Assembly (NCBI GenBank): GCA_963847445.1
Contig: CAWJZV010000034.1
Span: 128,001-192,000, forward strand
Reading direction: 5' to 3'
DNA length: 64,000 nt
Origin: an uncultured delta proteobacterium
GTDB taxonomy: Bacteria; Desulfobacterota; Binatia; UBA9968
In this document: piece after piece, positions 52,635 through 64,000 of the stretch
Layout: each line of letters begins with the position of its first letter
Position numbering within the stretch: the first letter of the stretch is position 1
Position numbers and translations under genes: made by a program
The notes under the pieces: model-generated
Seen by the model: the letters and a program-made list of their open reading frames with translations, nothing else
What the model was told of the DNA's origin: nothing
Databases searched by the model: none

Positions 52635-54221
52635 ATGTACCGAATCGCGCCGTTTCTCATCTTCGCCTGTTTATTGGCCGGGCCAGCTCTACGGCGCCGA
52701 AGCCGAACGCGAATTCAAAGCCGGCGAAGAGATCCTTGAAGCCTGGCGCTTCGCCGACGCCGAAGCGATCGCCGCCAAGGCGCTCAAGGACAATCCCAAG
52801 TCCGCCGCCGCCCTGGAGTTCGACGGCCGGATCAAGTTTTACCAAGGCCGCTACCAAGAAGCGCTGACCGTTCTCGACCGCGCCCTGGCGGTTGATTCGA
52901 AGGATCCGCGGCGCCAGGCGATGAAGCTGCTCACCCAGCTGACCCTCGACGTTCATAAGTCGTTCAAACGTCACGAGAGCGCCCATTTCATTCTGTTCGT
53001 CGACGACAAGCGCGACGGCATCCTGGTGCCCCACGCCCTGGACGCCCTGGAAAAAACCTACGAAGCGATCGGCGCCGAACTGGGCTACTTTCCCAAGGAA
53101 AAGGTCCGCGTCGAGGTTGCGCCGGACGCGACCAGTTTCAACGCCATCTCGACGCTGTCGCTTGCGCGACATCGAAGAGACCGGCGCCGTCGGCATCTGC
53201 AAGTTCAACAAACTGATGATCATCTCGCCGCGGGCGCTGAGCTTCGGCTACCGCTGGGTCGATTCGCTGAGCCACGAGTATCTGCACTACGCCATCGTCT
53301 CCTTGTCGAACAACCAAGCGCCGATCTGGCTGCACGAGGGCATGGCGCGCTTTTACGAAACCCGCTGGCGCAAGCCGGCGCCGGCCAAAGAGGCCGCATG
53401 AGGATTATCTGACTCCGGCCAATCAAACCTTGCTGGTGCAGGCGCTGGAGAAAAATCAATTCGTCGGTTTCAAGAAAATGGAGCCGTCGCTGATCCACTT
53501 GGACACGCCGGAACAGGTGCAGCTGGCCTACGCCGAAGCCGCTTCCGCGGTCGACTTTATCAATCAGAGCAAGGGCAAAGCCGGCGTGCGCGAACTGCTC
53601 GCCACGCTCAAAGACAAACCGACGCCCGAAGCGGTGGAAAAAGTCTACGGCATGGCCTTCGACGCCTTCGAAACCAAGTGGAAGGCATTTCTCAAAGCCA
53701 AGGGATTGAAGCCGATCGAAGGCACGCGCGTGCGCAGGCTTAGGGTCAAGAAAGACCAGCGCGAAGATGAAGAAGTCGTCGAGCTGCGCGAGATTCAATC
53801 CGCCATCGCGCGCAACCGCACCCATCTGGCCGACCAGATGCTCGCCAAGGGCCGCCCGGTGGCGGCTGCTCAACGAATACCAGCGCGCCTTGCAAGCGAG
53901 CCCGCAGTCGCCGGTGATCCTGAACAAACTCGGCCGCGTCATGATCGAACAAAATCGCGCCGATGAAGCCGTCGAGCCTGTTGAAGAAAGCCCTCGACAT
54001 CGATCCGGACAGCTCCAGCACCTACGTGCAATTGGGACGCGGCTATCACGCGACGAAAAACTTCACGGAAGCTCGCACCGTCCTCGAAGAAGCGATCCAA
54101 TTGAATCCGTTTCATCCGCTGATCTATCGTTTACTCACCGAAGTCTACGCCGCCCTCGGCGACGCCGAAAAGGCGCGCCAGGCGAAAATCACATTGGAGA
54201 GCCTCGCGGCGCGCCAATTAA
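52635..54221 (+). CDS. TPR-containing peptidase MA-like (gluzincin) metalloprotease, frameshifted
   Basis: TPR-like helices at both ends; SAHF, HEYLH, PIWLHEGMA and LAYAEA. Confidence 0.82.
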
Positions 54222-54248
54222 TTTGCAAAGGAAGCATCGCAGCCCATC

Positions 54249-55281
<1,033 letters not shown>

Positions 55282-55291
55282 CGCGCGCCGC

Positions 55292-55371
55292 CAATTGCAA
55301 ATTACAGATTCAAGATTCCAAATTGGCCGAATTCTTTGAATCTGGAATATGGAATCTGTAATTTGGAATTG
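55292..55371. repeat. Heptamer-unit hairpin (GATTCCA/TGGAATC type)
   Basis: caaattacagattcaagattcca ... gaatctggaatatggaatctgtaatttg. Confidence 0.8.
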
Positions 55372-55447
55372 CCGTGGTAGAGAACTCGAGAATTGAAAAT
55401 GGCCGTGGCAATTTGCCATTCACGGTCCTCGACGAGTAATCTGCCAC

Positions 55448-56336
55448 ATGGACAGCGAAAAAACTACTTCGACCCCAAAGTCCTGGCGGGCATTGCCAAT
55501 CTCGCCCTGCGCGCGCGTTGGGTGGTCGAAGGGCTGCTGTCCGGCGTGCATAAGAGCCGCGCCAAAGGCTTCAGCGTCGAGTTCGAAGAGCATCGCGAGT
55601 ATTCGCCGGGGGACGAGATCCGCCGCATCGATTGGAAGGCGCTCGGCAAATTCGACCGCTACATGATCAAGGAGTACGAGGACGAGACCAATCTGCGCGC
55701 CTACTTGCTGGTCGACGGCAGCGCCTCGATGAACTACGCCTCGGACGGCATCAGCAAATTCGACTACGCCTGCACGCTCACCGCGTCGCTGGCGTATCTT
55801 GATTTTGAAGCAGCAGGACGCCGCCGGCGTCGTCACTTTTTCGAACAAGATCGAGTCGTTCGTCCCGCCGCGCTCCAAGCGCGACTATCTCTTGCAAATC
55901 ATCCACGCCCTGGAGAATCGCGGCCCGGCGGGCGAAACCAATGTCGCGAAAATCCTTGACGAGTTGGCCGGGCAGATCCGCCGGCGCGGTTTGATCGTGT
56001 TAATCTCCGATTTGCTCGACGAGCCCGAGCCGATTATCAAAGGACTGCGCCAGTTCCGCTTCAAGGGCAACGATGTCATCGTCTTTCACCTGCTCGACCA
56101 GGCCGAGCTCGATCTGCCCTTCGACGGCAATATCTTGTTTGAAGATCTGGAAGCGGCCAATCTGCAAGTGATCGCCGACCCGCGCGCCATTCGCGCCACC
56201 TACAAAGAAGTCGTCCAAGAGTTCGTCAGCCGACATGCGCAAGCAGTGCCACGACAGCGCCATCGACTATCAATTGATCTCCACCGCCACGCCGCTGGAC
56301 CAGGCGCTGGCGAGCTATCTGAGCTGGCGAGGGTAA
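55448..56336 (+). CDS. DUF58 (VWA-like) protein, frameshifted
   Basis: [36 protein letters not shown] and LISDL. Confidence 0.92.
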
Positions 56337-56344
56337 GCGCTGGC

Positions 56345-58440
56345 ATGTCGGTTTTTTTTCTCTACCCGCTGTTTCTCTTCGGCCTGGCCGCGGCGTCGCT
56401 GCCGATGTTGATTCATCTGCTCAATCGGCGCCGCTTGAAGCGCATCCGCTTCCCCGCCGTCCGCTTCATCCTGCTGTCGCAGAAACGCATCTCGCGCAGC
56501 TACCGCCTGCGCCACTGGCTGCTGTTGGCGCTGCGGACTCTGGCGGTGATCTGTCTGGCGCTCCTGCTCGCCAATCCGATTTTTCAAACCGGCGCCGGCC
56601 TGTTCGCCGGCGGCGGTCCGGTGTCGCTGGTCGTCATACTGGACAATTCGCTGAGCATGACCTGGTCCGGCGACGGCAACGGTTTCAAACAAGCGAAAGA
56701 GGCGGCGAGTCTGCTCATCGGCGAATTTGAGCGACGGCGACCGCGCCGCGGTGATTCCAACCAACATCAACGGCAAGGAAGCCTTTCGCCTGAAAGACCA
56801 AAAAGACGTGCTGCAAAAGGAAATTGCCGGCAGTGAGATCGCCGACGGCACGGCCAATCTCCCGGCCGCGTTGAGCAAAGCCTATGAGCTGCTCAACCAA
56901 CCGGCGGGGCAGAAAGAGATTCGCATCATCACCGACATGGCGCTCACCGGATGGGATCAGTTCTCGGTCGCCGCGCTCAAGCAGGCCGATCCGTCGATCC
57001 CGTTGAAAATCATCCGCATCGGCAGAAAACAGCAGCCGCTCAACGGCGCCGTCAAAGAAATCCGCCTCGGCGGCCAAGGCGTCGGCGTCAACCTGCCGCT
57101 GCAGATCGAAGCGACGGTGGCCAACTTCGGCGGCGATGGAAATCAAGGACCTGCTGGTGCAGCTGTCCATCGACGGCCAAAGCAAAGAGCAGAAGCTCAC
57201 GACACTTCCGCCAAAGGGCGAAACCTCGGTCACGTTTCAAACCCGCATCGGCCAGCCGGGCGCCCATACCGGTCAGATCACGCTCAAGAAAGACGGCTTC
57301 GCCGGCAATCCGGTCGCCAATTTCGCTCTCGACGCCCAGGACAAGCTGCAAAGTACTGCTGGTCGACGGCGATCCGCAGACTTCTCTGGTGCAAAGCGAA
57401 ACGTTTTTCCTCAGCCGCGCGCTTGAACCCATCCGGCGAGCGCGATAGCGTCGCTGTTCCTGCCGACCGTGGTTTTGCCGGACGGTCTCAACGCCGTGAA
57501 TCTCGACAACTATCAGGTCGTGATGCTGTGCCAATCTCGCCGACCTACCCGACGGCTTCGTCGCCAAATTGCAAAACTATCTGCGCCAAGGCGGCGGCCT
57601 GTTGATTTTCGCCGGCGATAAATTCTCAGGCCGACAGTTACAATCAAAAACTTGGCGCGGCGTTGCCGGCGCAGTTGCGCGACAAGAAAACCGGTCCGGA
57701 GTCCGGCGGCGAAAAAATCGACAAGATCGATCTCACTCATCCGGCGCTGCAAAATCTCGCCGACAGCATCTTGCAGGAATCGATCAAAACCGTGCGCGTG
57801 TGGGGTTACCAGCGCGCCGCCGGCAAACCGCTCATCTCGCTCGCCAATGGCGAACCGCTGCTGCTCGAACAGAAGGTCGGCGCCGGCAAAGTGATGTTGA
57901 TGACCACCAGCGCCGACCGCGATTGGAGCGACCTGCCGGTCAAAACGGTCTTTCTGCCGTTGATTCAATCGCTGACCCAATATCTCGCCGGCGGCAAACG
58001 CGGCAACCTGGACGCCGGCATCGCCGTCGGCGCCACCAAAGAGCTGTCCTTTCCGGCCAACTTCGTCGGCCGCAATCTGCGCGTCACCAAACCCGACAAG
58101 CAAAACAGCCGAAGTCGCCATCGTCGGCGCAAAAGACCGCGCCACGGCGACGGTCGAAGACAACGACCAGGCCGGCATCTACCGCCTGTCGCTGCCGGCG
58201 GGCGGCGATAAGGACAGCGGCGCGCCGCAACTCTACGCCGTCAATGCGCCATTCTTGGAATCGCGCCTGGACGAGATCAGCGCCGCCGAGCTCGCCGGCA
58301 AACTGAAACCGATCCGCACCGAGGTGCTCGACATCGACGCGCTCAAGGAAGGCGGCAAACGCGTCGACCTGGCGCTGCCGTTACTGGCATTGCTGATTGT
58401 AACCTTGCTATTCGAGGGATGGCTGGGACAACGATTTTGA
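56345..58440 (+). CDS. BatA-domain / VWA membrane protein, frameshifted
   Basis: FLYPLFL..LPMLIHL..FPAVRF BatA N-terminus; DNSLSM MIDAS; GGGLLIF; WSDLP; C-terminal TM LLFEGWL. Confidence 0.85.
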
Positions 58441-58442
58441 GA

Positions 58443-58524
58443 AAGATGGAGAATGGAAAATGTAAAATGGCAAAATTCCGGAACCGGTCTTCAATTATCA
58501 ATTATCCATTTTCATTATCCATTT
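58443..58524. repeat. Heptamer-unit hairpin (AATGGAA/TTCCATT type)
   Basis: atggagaatggaaaatgtaaaatgg ... tcaattatcaattatccattttcattatccattt. Confidence 0.8.
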
Positions 58525-58533
58525 GTAATCTTT

Positions 58534-59309
58534 ATGAACCGCCGCAACTTCATCCGACTTCTATCGCAAGGGCTGCTTGGCGTCGGCACTACTGCCAGGG
58601 CTCGGCCATGCCGGAGACCATCCCGTCGACAAGCGCCGGCTGCAGTTCGTCTTCGCCCAGTTCAAATATCGCGGCGGTGATTGGAATCCGCATCCGCTGT
58701 CGGTGACGCCGCTGATGGAAGAACTGATGGCGCGCACCAGCGTCGAGGCGGCGACGGTGCGCCATGAAGTCAGCTTGACCGACCGCGATCTGTTCAACTA
58801 CCCGTTTCTCTATCTCACCGGCAAATATGAATTCGAGCCCTTCACGCCAGGAAGAGATCGATGTCCTGCGCCGCTTTCTCACCTACGGCGGCTTCATGCT
58901 GATCGACGACGCCCTCGGCCAGCAGGGTTACGGTTTCGATAAAGCGGTGCGCCGCGAGATGCTGCGGGTGTTTCCCGGCAACGAGTTCAAACGCATGCCG
59001 GCCGGCCACGCCGCGCTGCGCAGCTACTATCTATTGCGCCGCATCGGCGGCGTGCGCATCGTCAGCCCAGCTCTCGAAGGCATCACCATCGGCAACTCGA
59101 CGCCGGTGGTCTACTGCCAGAACGGCCTGTGCGCCGCCTGGGAGCGCGATCAAGTCGGCAAGTGGACCAACGCCTGCACGCCCGGCGGCGAGCCGCAGCG
59201 GCGCGATGCCTTTCACCTGGGCATCAATCTGATTCTCTACGCCATGACCGAGAACTACAAAGACGATCTCATCCATGTGCCGTTCATCCGCAAACGGCTC
59301 ACCCGGTAA
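58534..59309 (+). CDS. DUF4159 domain protein with Tat-like signal, frameshifted
   Basis: MNRRNFI start; YRGGDW, YPFLYLTG, LRRFLTYGGFMLIDD and GINLILYAMT. Confidence 0.85.
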
Positions 59310-59312
59310 ACC

Positions 59313-61577
59313 ATGAAAGATCTTTATCTCATCGGTTCTTTGCCGGGCTGGCTGGTGGCGCTCATCGGCGTCGCTGCCGCGGCGCTGCTGCTGCAACAAT
59401 TTTTCGGCTTGAAGAAGCGGCTGCCCGTCGGTCAGAGCGGTATTTCTCACCGCGCTGCGCGCCCTGGTCTACGCCGTGCTGATCTTTTTTCTCCTCGGCC
59501 CGGCGCTGATCGACAAGCGCGTGACCAAGTTGCGCCGGCCGCTGACGGTGCTGATCGATAGCTCCCAGAGCATGGGCTTTCCGGCCAGCTCCAAGAGCGC
59601 GCCGGGGGACAAGAACGCCAAGAGCCGCCTCGATCTCGTGCGCGAGAAACTCGACTACGGGCGCAACCGATTCGATTCTGCAAAAACTCAATCGCGACTA
59701 CGATCTCAAACTGATTCGCCTCGGCACCAGCCTCGAACCGATCTCGACCGCCAGCCTGGCCGGTTTGCAACCGCAGGATCCCGGCACGCGATTGTTGGAA
59801 CTGCTGCAAACCAGCGCGCGCGATAGCGCCGCGGCCAGCGGCCGGCATCATCGTTTTCACCGACGGCATCACCAACGGCGACAAGAAAAACTTGGACGGC
59901 GGACCGGCGCTGACCGTGCCGGTGTTCGCCGTCGGCGTCGGCGAGGCCGAAGGCTTCACCGACGTGCGCATCGCCAAGGTCGGCGCGCCGGAGTTCGCCT
60001 TTCGCGGCCGCGAGTTCAAGATCGATCTGACGATCCAGGCCTCGGGCCTGAAAGGCAAGTCGGTGCCGCTGTTCTTCAACCGCGGCAAAAATATCGTCAC
60101 CACCCGCACCCTAGCCGTCGATGCCGATCCCTTCGAGCAAAAAATCACCCTCGCCTTTACGCCCAAGGATCTTGGCACCCATGGATTTTCCGTCAACATC
60201 CCGGCCCAGGCCGGCGAACAGATCACCCAGAACAACAGCAAAGAGTTCAAAGTCGATGTCCAGCGCGACAAGATTCGCGTCCTGACGTTGTCCGGCTCGC
60301 CGGCGTGGAATTATCGGTTTCTGCGCATGGCGATGAAGCAAGATCCGTTGATCGAACTGGTCTCCTTCGTGTTTCTGCGCACGCCGACCGACAGCGTCGA
60401 CGTGCCGGAGAGCCAGCTGAGCCTAATTCCGTTTCCCATCGACGATATTTTTCTCGAAGAGCTGAAGAACTTCGATGTGATTTTCTTCGACGACTTCTCC
60501 CATCGCGCTTACTTCAACCCGTCTTATTTGGAACGGGTGCGCGATTTCGTTCGCGACGGCGGCGGCCTGGCGATGTTCGGCGGCCCGCGCTCCTTCGACG
60601 CCGGCGGTTACGGCGAGAGCGCGTTGAAAGAAGCCTTGCCGGTGGAGTTGGACGGCAAAGGCAGTTTTCAAACGCCGGCCGGGGTCAACATCGCGCTTAC
60701 CGCCGCGGGCAAAGCCCATCCGATCACCCGCTTGCTGCCTGATCCCAAAACCAACGAAGAAGCCTGGAGCAAGATGCCGGCGCTTACCGGCATGAACCAG
60801 GTGCGCGCCGCCCGCGGCGAGACTTTAATCGCCAGTAGCGCCGAGAGCGGCGGCGCGCCGCTCCTGACCATCGGCCGCTTCGGCAAGGGGCGCACCCTGG
60901 CGCTCATGAGCGACGACGCGTGGCGCTGGAACTTCATCGCCGTCGGCAATAAAGAAACACCGCAAAATCATTTAAAACTTGTCCGCCAAGCGGTGCGCTG
61001 GCTCGCCCAGGAGCCGTCCTTCGAACAGGTGCAGCTGCGTCCGATCGCGGCGGTGCAACCGGGCGAAAAAAGCCAGATCAAATTGAAAGTGCTGAAAGAT
61101 GACTTCACGCCGACGCGCCAAGCGTCCGTGCAACTGCGCGTCTTCGGCCCCGAAGGCGAACCGACGGTCGTCGCCGCCAGCGCCGACAGCGAGGAAGGCG
61201 AATACACCGGCGAATTCATTCCGACCAAAGAAGGCACCCATCGCGTCGAAGCGGAAGCAAGCTTGGGCGGCAAAGTGCTGGGCAAAGATCGCGGCAGTTT
61301 CACCGCCGCGTTCGCCTACGGCGAAACCGACGACGGCCTGCCGCGCCTCGATCTGCTGAAACAGATCGCCGAGAACAGCAAAGGCGAATACTTTTCGATC
61401 AGCGACTGGAACGACAAAGCGCTGGAAAAGATCGCCGCCAAGCTCGAAACCATCGCGCCGTCGCAGCTGGTCGAGCAGCGCCAAACCCAGCTATGGAGCA
61501 CGCTATGGCCCTTCGCCATCGTGCTGGCGCTGCTCAGCGTCGAATGGTGGATGAGAAGGAAGTGGGGATTAATTTAG
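59313..61577 (+). CDS. VWA plus class I glutamine-amidotransferase-like membrane protein, frameshifted
   Basis: DSSQSM, FTDG, RDFVRDGGGLAMFGG, GKGRTLAL..WRW and EWWMRRKWGL. Confidence 0.82.
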
Positions 61578-61608
61578 GTACGGGTAGGTACGTGCCTATC
61601 CTGGGTTC

Positions 61609-61636
61609 GGGCAACCGACAGGGGGTCGCCCCTACA
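61609..61636 (-). repeat. GTAG-type REP element
   Basis: Minus strand TGTAGGGGCGACCCCCTGTCGGTTGCCC: GTAG followed by a GC-rich imperfect palindrome. Confidence 0.7.
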
Positions 61637-61656
61637 ACCGTCGAACGCGCCGTGGA

Positions 61657-62457
61657 ATGCGCACAATGATGCGAATCCTGCGAATAATTACTGTGATGTT
61701 CGCGCTGCTGGTGGCGCCAGCTCGCGTACTCGCATTCTGCCATGAGCTCGAAGTCGTCCAGCAGGGCGGATTCATTCGCGCCGCGCTGGGCAGCGCGCCG
61801 CAGGTCACCATCGAATGGCTGGGCCATTCGACATTTCAAATCACCTCATCGAAAGGCACCCGAGTCCTCACCGATCCGCATGGCGCTTTCGATCTGCCGC
61901 GCCCGACTTTGCCGCAACATATCGTCACCAGCAGCCACCGCCACGGTCCGCATAGCAGCGTCCACATGGCGCCCGGCACGCCGGTAATTTTCCACGGCCT
62001 CACGCCGAGCGGGGAAGACTGGCAAAAGATCTCGACAACCATCCGCGACGTGTCGGTTTACGTCGTTCCCGCCTATCACGACAAAAGCCGCGGCATGCAG
62101 CGCGGCAAGAACGCCATCTTCGTTTTCAAAGTCGACGACATCTGCATCGCCCATTTGGGCGACTTGGGCCATGTGCTGACCCCCGACCAACTCAAGATGA
62201 TGGGCAAGATCGACATCCTGCTGGTGCCCATCGCCGGCGGCTATTACACCGTCACGCCGAGCGAAGCGCGCGAACTCACCAAGCTAGTCAATCCGAAAAT
62301 CGCCATCCCCAAACACTTCTGGTGGGAACAAGCCGTCCAGGAATACACCCAAGGCCTGACGCGGGTGAAAATGCTCAGCACGCCGGTGTTGAAAATATCC
62401 AAGCCGGAGTTGCCGCAGCCGATCGAGACCATCGTCATGCCTTGGGGGCAAAGGTAG
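61657..62457 (+). CDS. Secreted MBL-fold protein
   Basis: Signal peptide; WLGHSTF, LTDP, SHRHGPH, AHLGDLGH, PIAGG and IPKH. Confidence 0.88.
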   Translation: MRTMMRILRIITVMFALLVAPARVLAFCHELEVVQQGGFIRAALGSAPQVTIEWLGHSTFQITSSKGTRVLTDPHGAFDLPRPTLPQHIVTSSHRHGPHSSVHMAPGTPVIFHGLTPSGEDWQKISTTIRDVSVYVVPAYHDKSRGMQRGKNAIFVFKVDDICIAHLGDLGHVLTPDQLKMMGKIDILLVPIAGGYYTVTPSEARELTKLVNPKIAIPKHFWWEQAVQEYTQGLTRVKMLSTPVLKISKPELPQPIETIVMPWGQR

Positions 62458-62637
62458 GATTTCGGTCGTGAGTTTAGTAACAAGCTCCAAGAGAACAAGA
62501 GGTGCCCGGCAGCATCCGAAACCACGGATGGCGCAAACTCATCCACTTTGAGGGAGATCACTGAGCGCGCACGAATGTCGTGAGACAAAAGCCCAGAGCT
62601 GTTCCGCTCCAACAAAATCGCTCGAAATAAAACCTGT

Positions 62638-63460
62638 TCACCGATAATTCATCACGCCGCGCGGCTGCGAGCACGCGGATCTCCGTCGGCGACGGCAGCG
62701 CGTCTTTGCTCACCGCCAAGGTATCGGTGTTCAACAGCTGCGTCTTCATACCGGCGGTGAATTGCTTGATCAGATACGGATTATCGCGATGGTGCATCGG
62801 GAATGGCGATTTTGGGCTTGAGCTGGGTAAGAACTTCTCTCGCCAAGTCCGGAGCCATGGTACGGCCGCCGCCGATGGGCGTGAGCGCGATATCGACTTT
62901 GCCGAAAGCTTTGATCTGTTGATCGTTCAACTTTTGGCTCAAGTCGCCCAGGTGGGCGATGCACAAGACGCCGAGGTCGAAGACGAATGCGGCGCCGTGA
63001 ATCCCCTGGATAGACTCGGCGTTTTGGTGAATCGGCACGCTGTAAATGAAAGTATCCTTGACACTGGTGCTGACCATGTTCCAGTCGGCGCCGTAGTTTT
63101 TCAGCCCGCGCAGGACCAGCGGATTGCCCAGGACGATCTGCACGGCATTGTGGTTGCGCATTTCCTTGCCGACGGTGACGACATCGGCGGCGACGTTGGG
63201 ATTGGGATACCATCCAGGTCCCAAAGGATCGGCGACGATACGCGTGCCTTTGCTCGTCGTGATCAGAAAGAAATTGTGGCCGAAGTATTGAATCGTCGCG
63301 TCGACATTGGCCGCGTAGGCAAGCGATCCAAACCCGCGCGCGACATCGGGATCACGGCAGGAGGCGTGGGCAGAATGGAATCGAGGACAGCAGTACGCTG
63401 ATAACCAATAGCGGAGCCAAGGATGAACCGTAGAGTTCTACTTTGTCCAAAGCGCTTCAT
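62638..63460 (-). CDS. Secreted MBL-fold paralog, frameshifted, degenerate metal site
   Basis: YFGHNFF, VADP, GKEMRNHN, AHLGDL, PIGGG and IPMHH. Confidence 0.8.
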
Positions 63461-63651
63461 GAATCTCTCAAATACGACGGGAAATCGTCCGAACTGCGGA
63501 ATTCATTGACGGCAGGCTATTGGATCGACGCAGAAAAAACAAATGCTAACCGAGCCGCGCTGTCCTTTGAAAAATCATTACCCCTTCACCCGAAGTGTCT
63601 CTCAGATTGATCCGTACTGGATTGGGCCCGTCTAGGTCGGCATTGGACGCA

Positions 63652-64000
63652 TTATCGCACCGCCTCAAAGGCCATCGCTTCCCAATTGTTGATGATCGTG
63701 AGATCTGGGTTGGAATGGTGCGTACGAAATTCCACCTCTTGAAATACCGGGTCGGTCTTTTGCGTGATTTCGTATTGGGTGATCTGCTTAAACCCAACCA
63801 ACTCGAGACTCTTCCGAAGAGTTGCCGGATCGTAGACAAATTGATGTCCCCATTCGCGCATTTGACGGTTAAGGATATATGTTGCCGGCACCGCGTTAAT
63901 TGGCACTCCGCCTAGGCGAAACTTCGCGTCGATAAATCTCTGTGCCTCTGCATCGGGAGCGGCACCGAGAAGTTGTACAAATTTTGTAAGATTCGGTGTT
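63652..64000 (-). CDS. Predicted class I SAM-dependent methyltransferase, C-terminal part (runs off the window)
   Basis: TPNL..., WGHQFVYDPATLRKSLELVGF and terminal FEAVR, typical of this family's C-terminus. Confidence 0.6.
   Translation of the reverse strand, partial: TPNLTKFVQLLGAAPDAEAQRFIDAKFRLGGVPINAVPATYILNRQMREWGHQFVYDPATLRKSLELVGFKQITQYEITQKTDPVFQEVEFRTHHSNPDLTIINNWEAMAFEAVR

Overview
This is a GC-rich bacterial genomic window. The many NMT1/SsuA-type binding proteins, the bicupin and the repeat types suggest Candidatus Binatia or a related deltaproteobacterium; that assignment is an inference. Many genes are split by single-base indels that look like long-read consensus errors. From left to right: (1) 1-17 kb, a cryptic catabolic-looking cluster with two divergent paralogous tungsten aldehyde-oxidoreductase-family (AOR/WOR) genes, a 4x[4Fe-4S] subunit, a BNR beta-propeller, a class II aldolase, a maleate-isomerase-like protein lacking the catalytic Cys, a dihydroxyphthalate-decarboxylase-like protein, a VOC protein and six solute-binding proteins with no permease. 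(2) An isolated lower-GC pobA. (3) 18.7-36 kb, a tungsten/molybdopterin island: Tat-exported selenocysteine formate dehydrogenase (UGA plus SECIS) with Fe-S subunit, NrfD anchor and FdhE; tupABC under an HTH_17-PBP regulator; a canonical AOR; a MobA-MoaD fusion; two MoeA. (4) An HTH protein with a sigma54-type promoter and a sensor kinase. (5) A Na+-translocating acyl-CoA decarboxylase operon. (6) Cupin, plsY, OmpA and mrp-sufT-MEMO1. (7) A possible structured ncRNA. (8) A seven-gene DUF4175/TPR-peptidase/MoxR/DUF58/BatA/DUF4159/GATase-like operon. (9) Two degenerate MBL-fold genes and a partial methyltransferase. Gene junctions carry many hairpins built from 6-, 7- and 9-bp tandem units, plus REP-like palindromes. 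I saw no rRNA, tRNA, CRISPR array, transposase or integrase.
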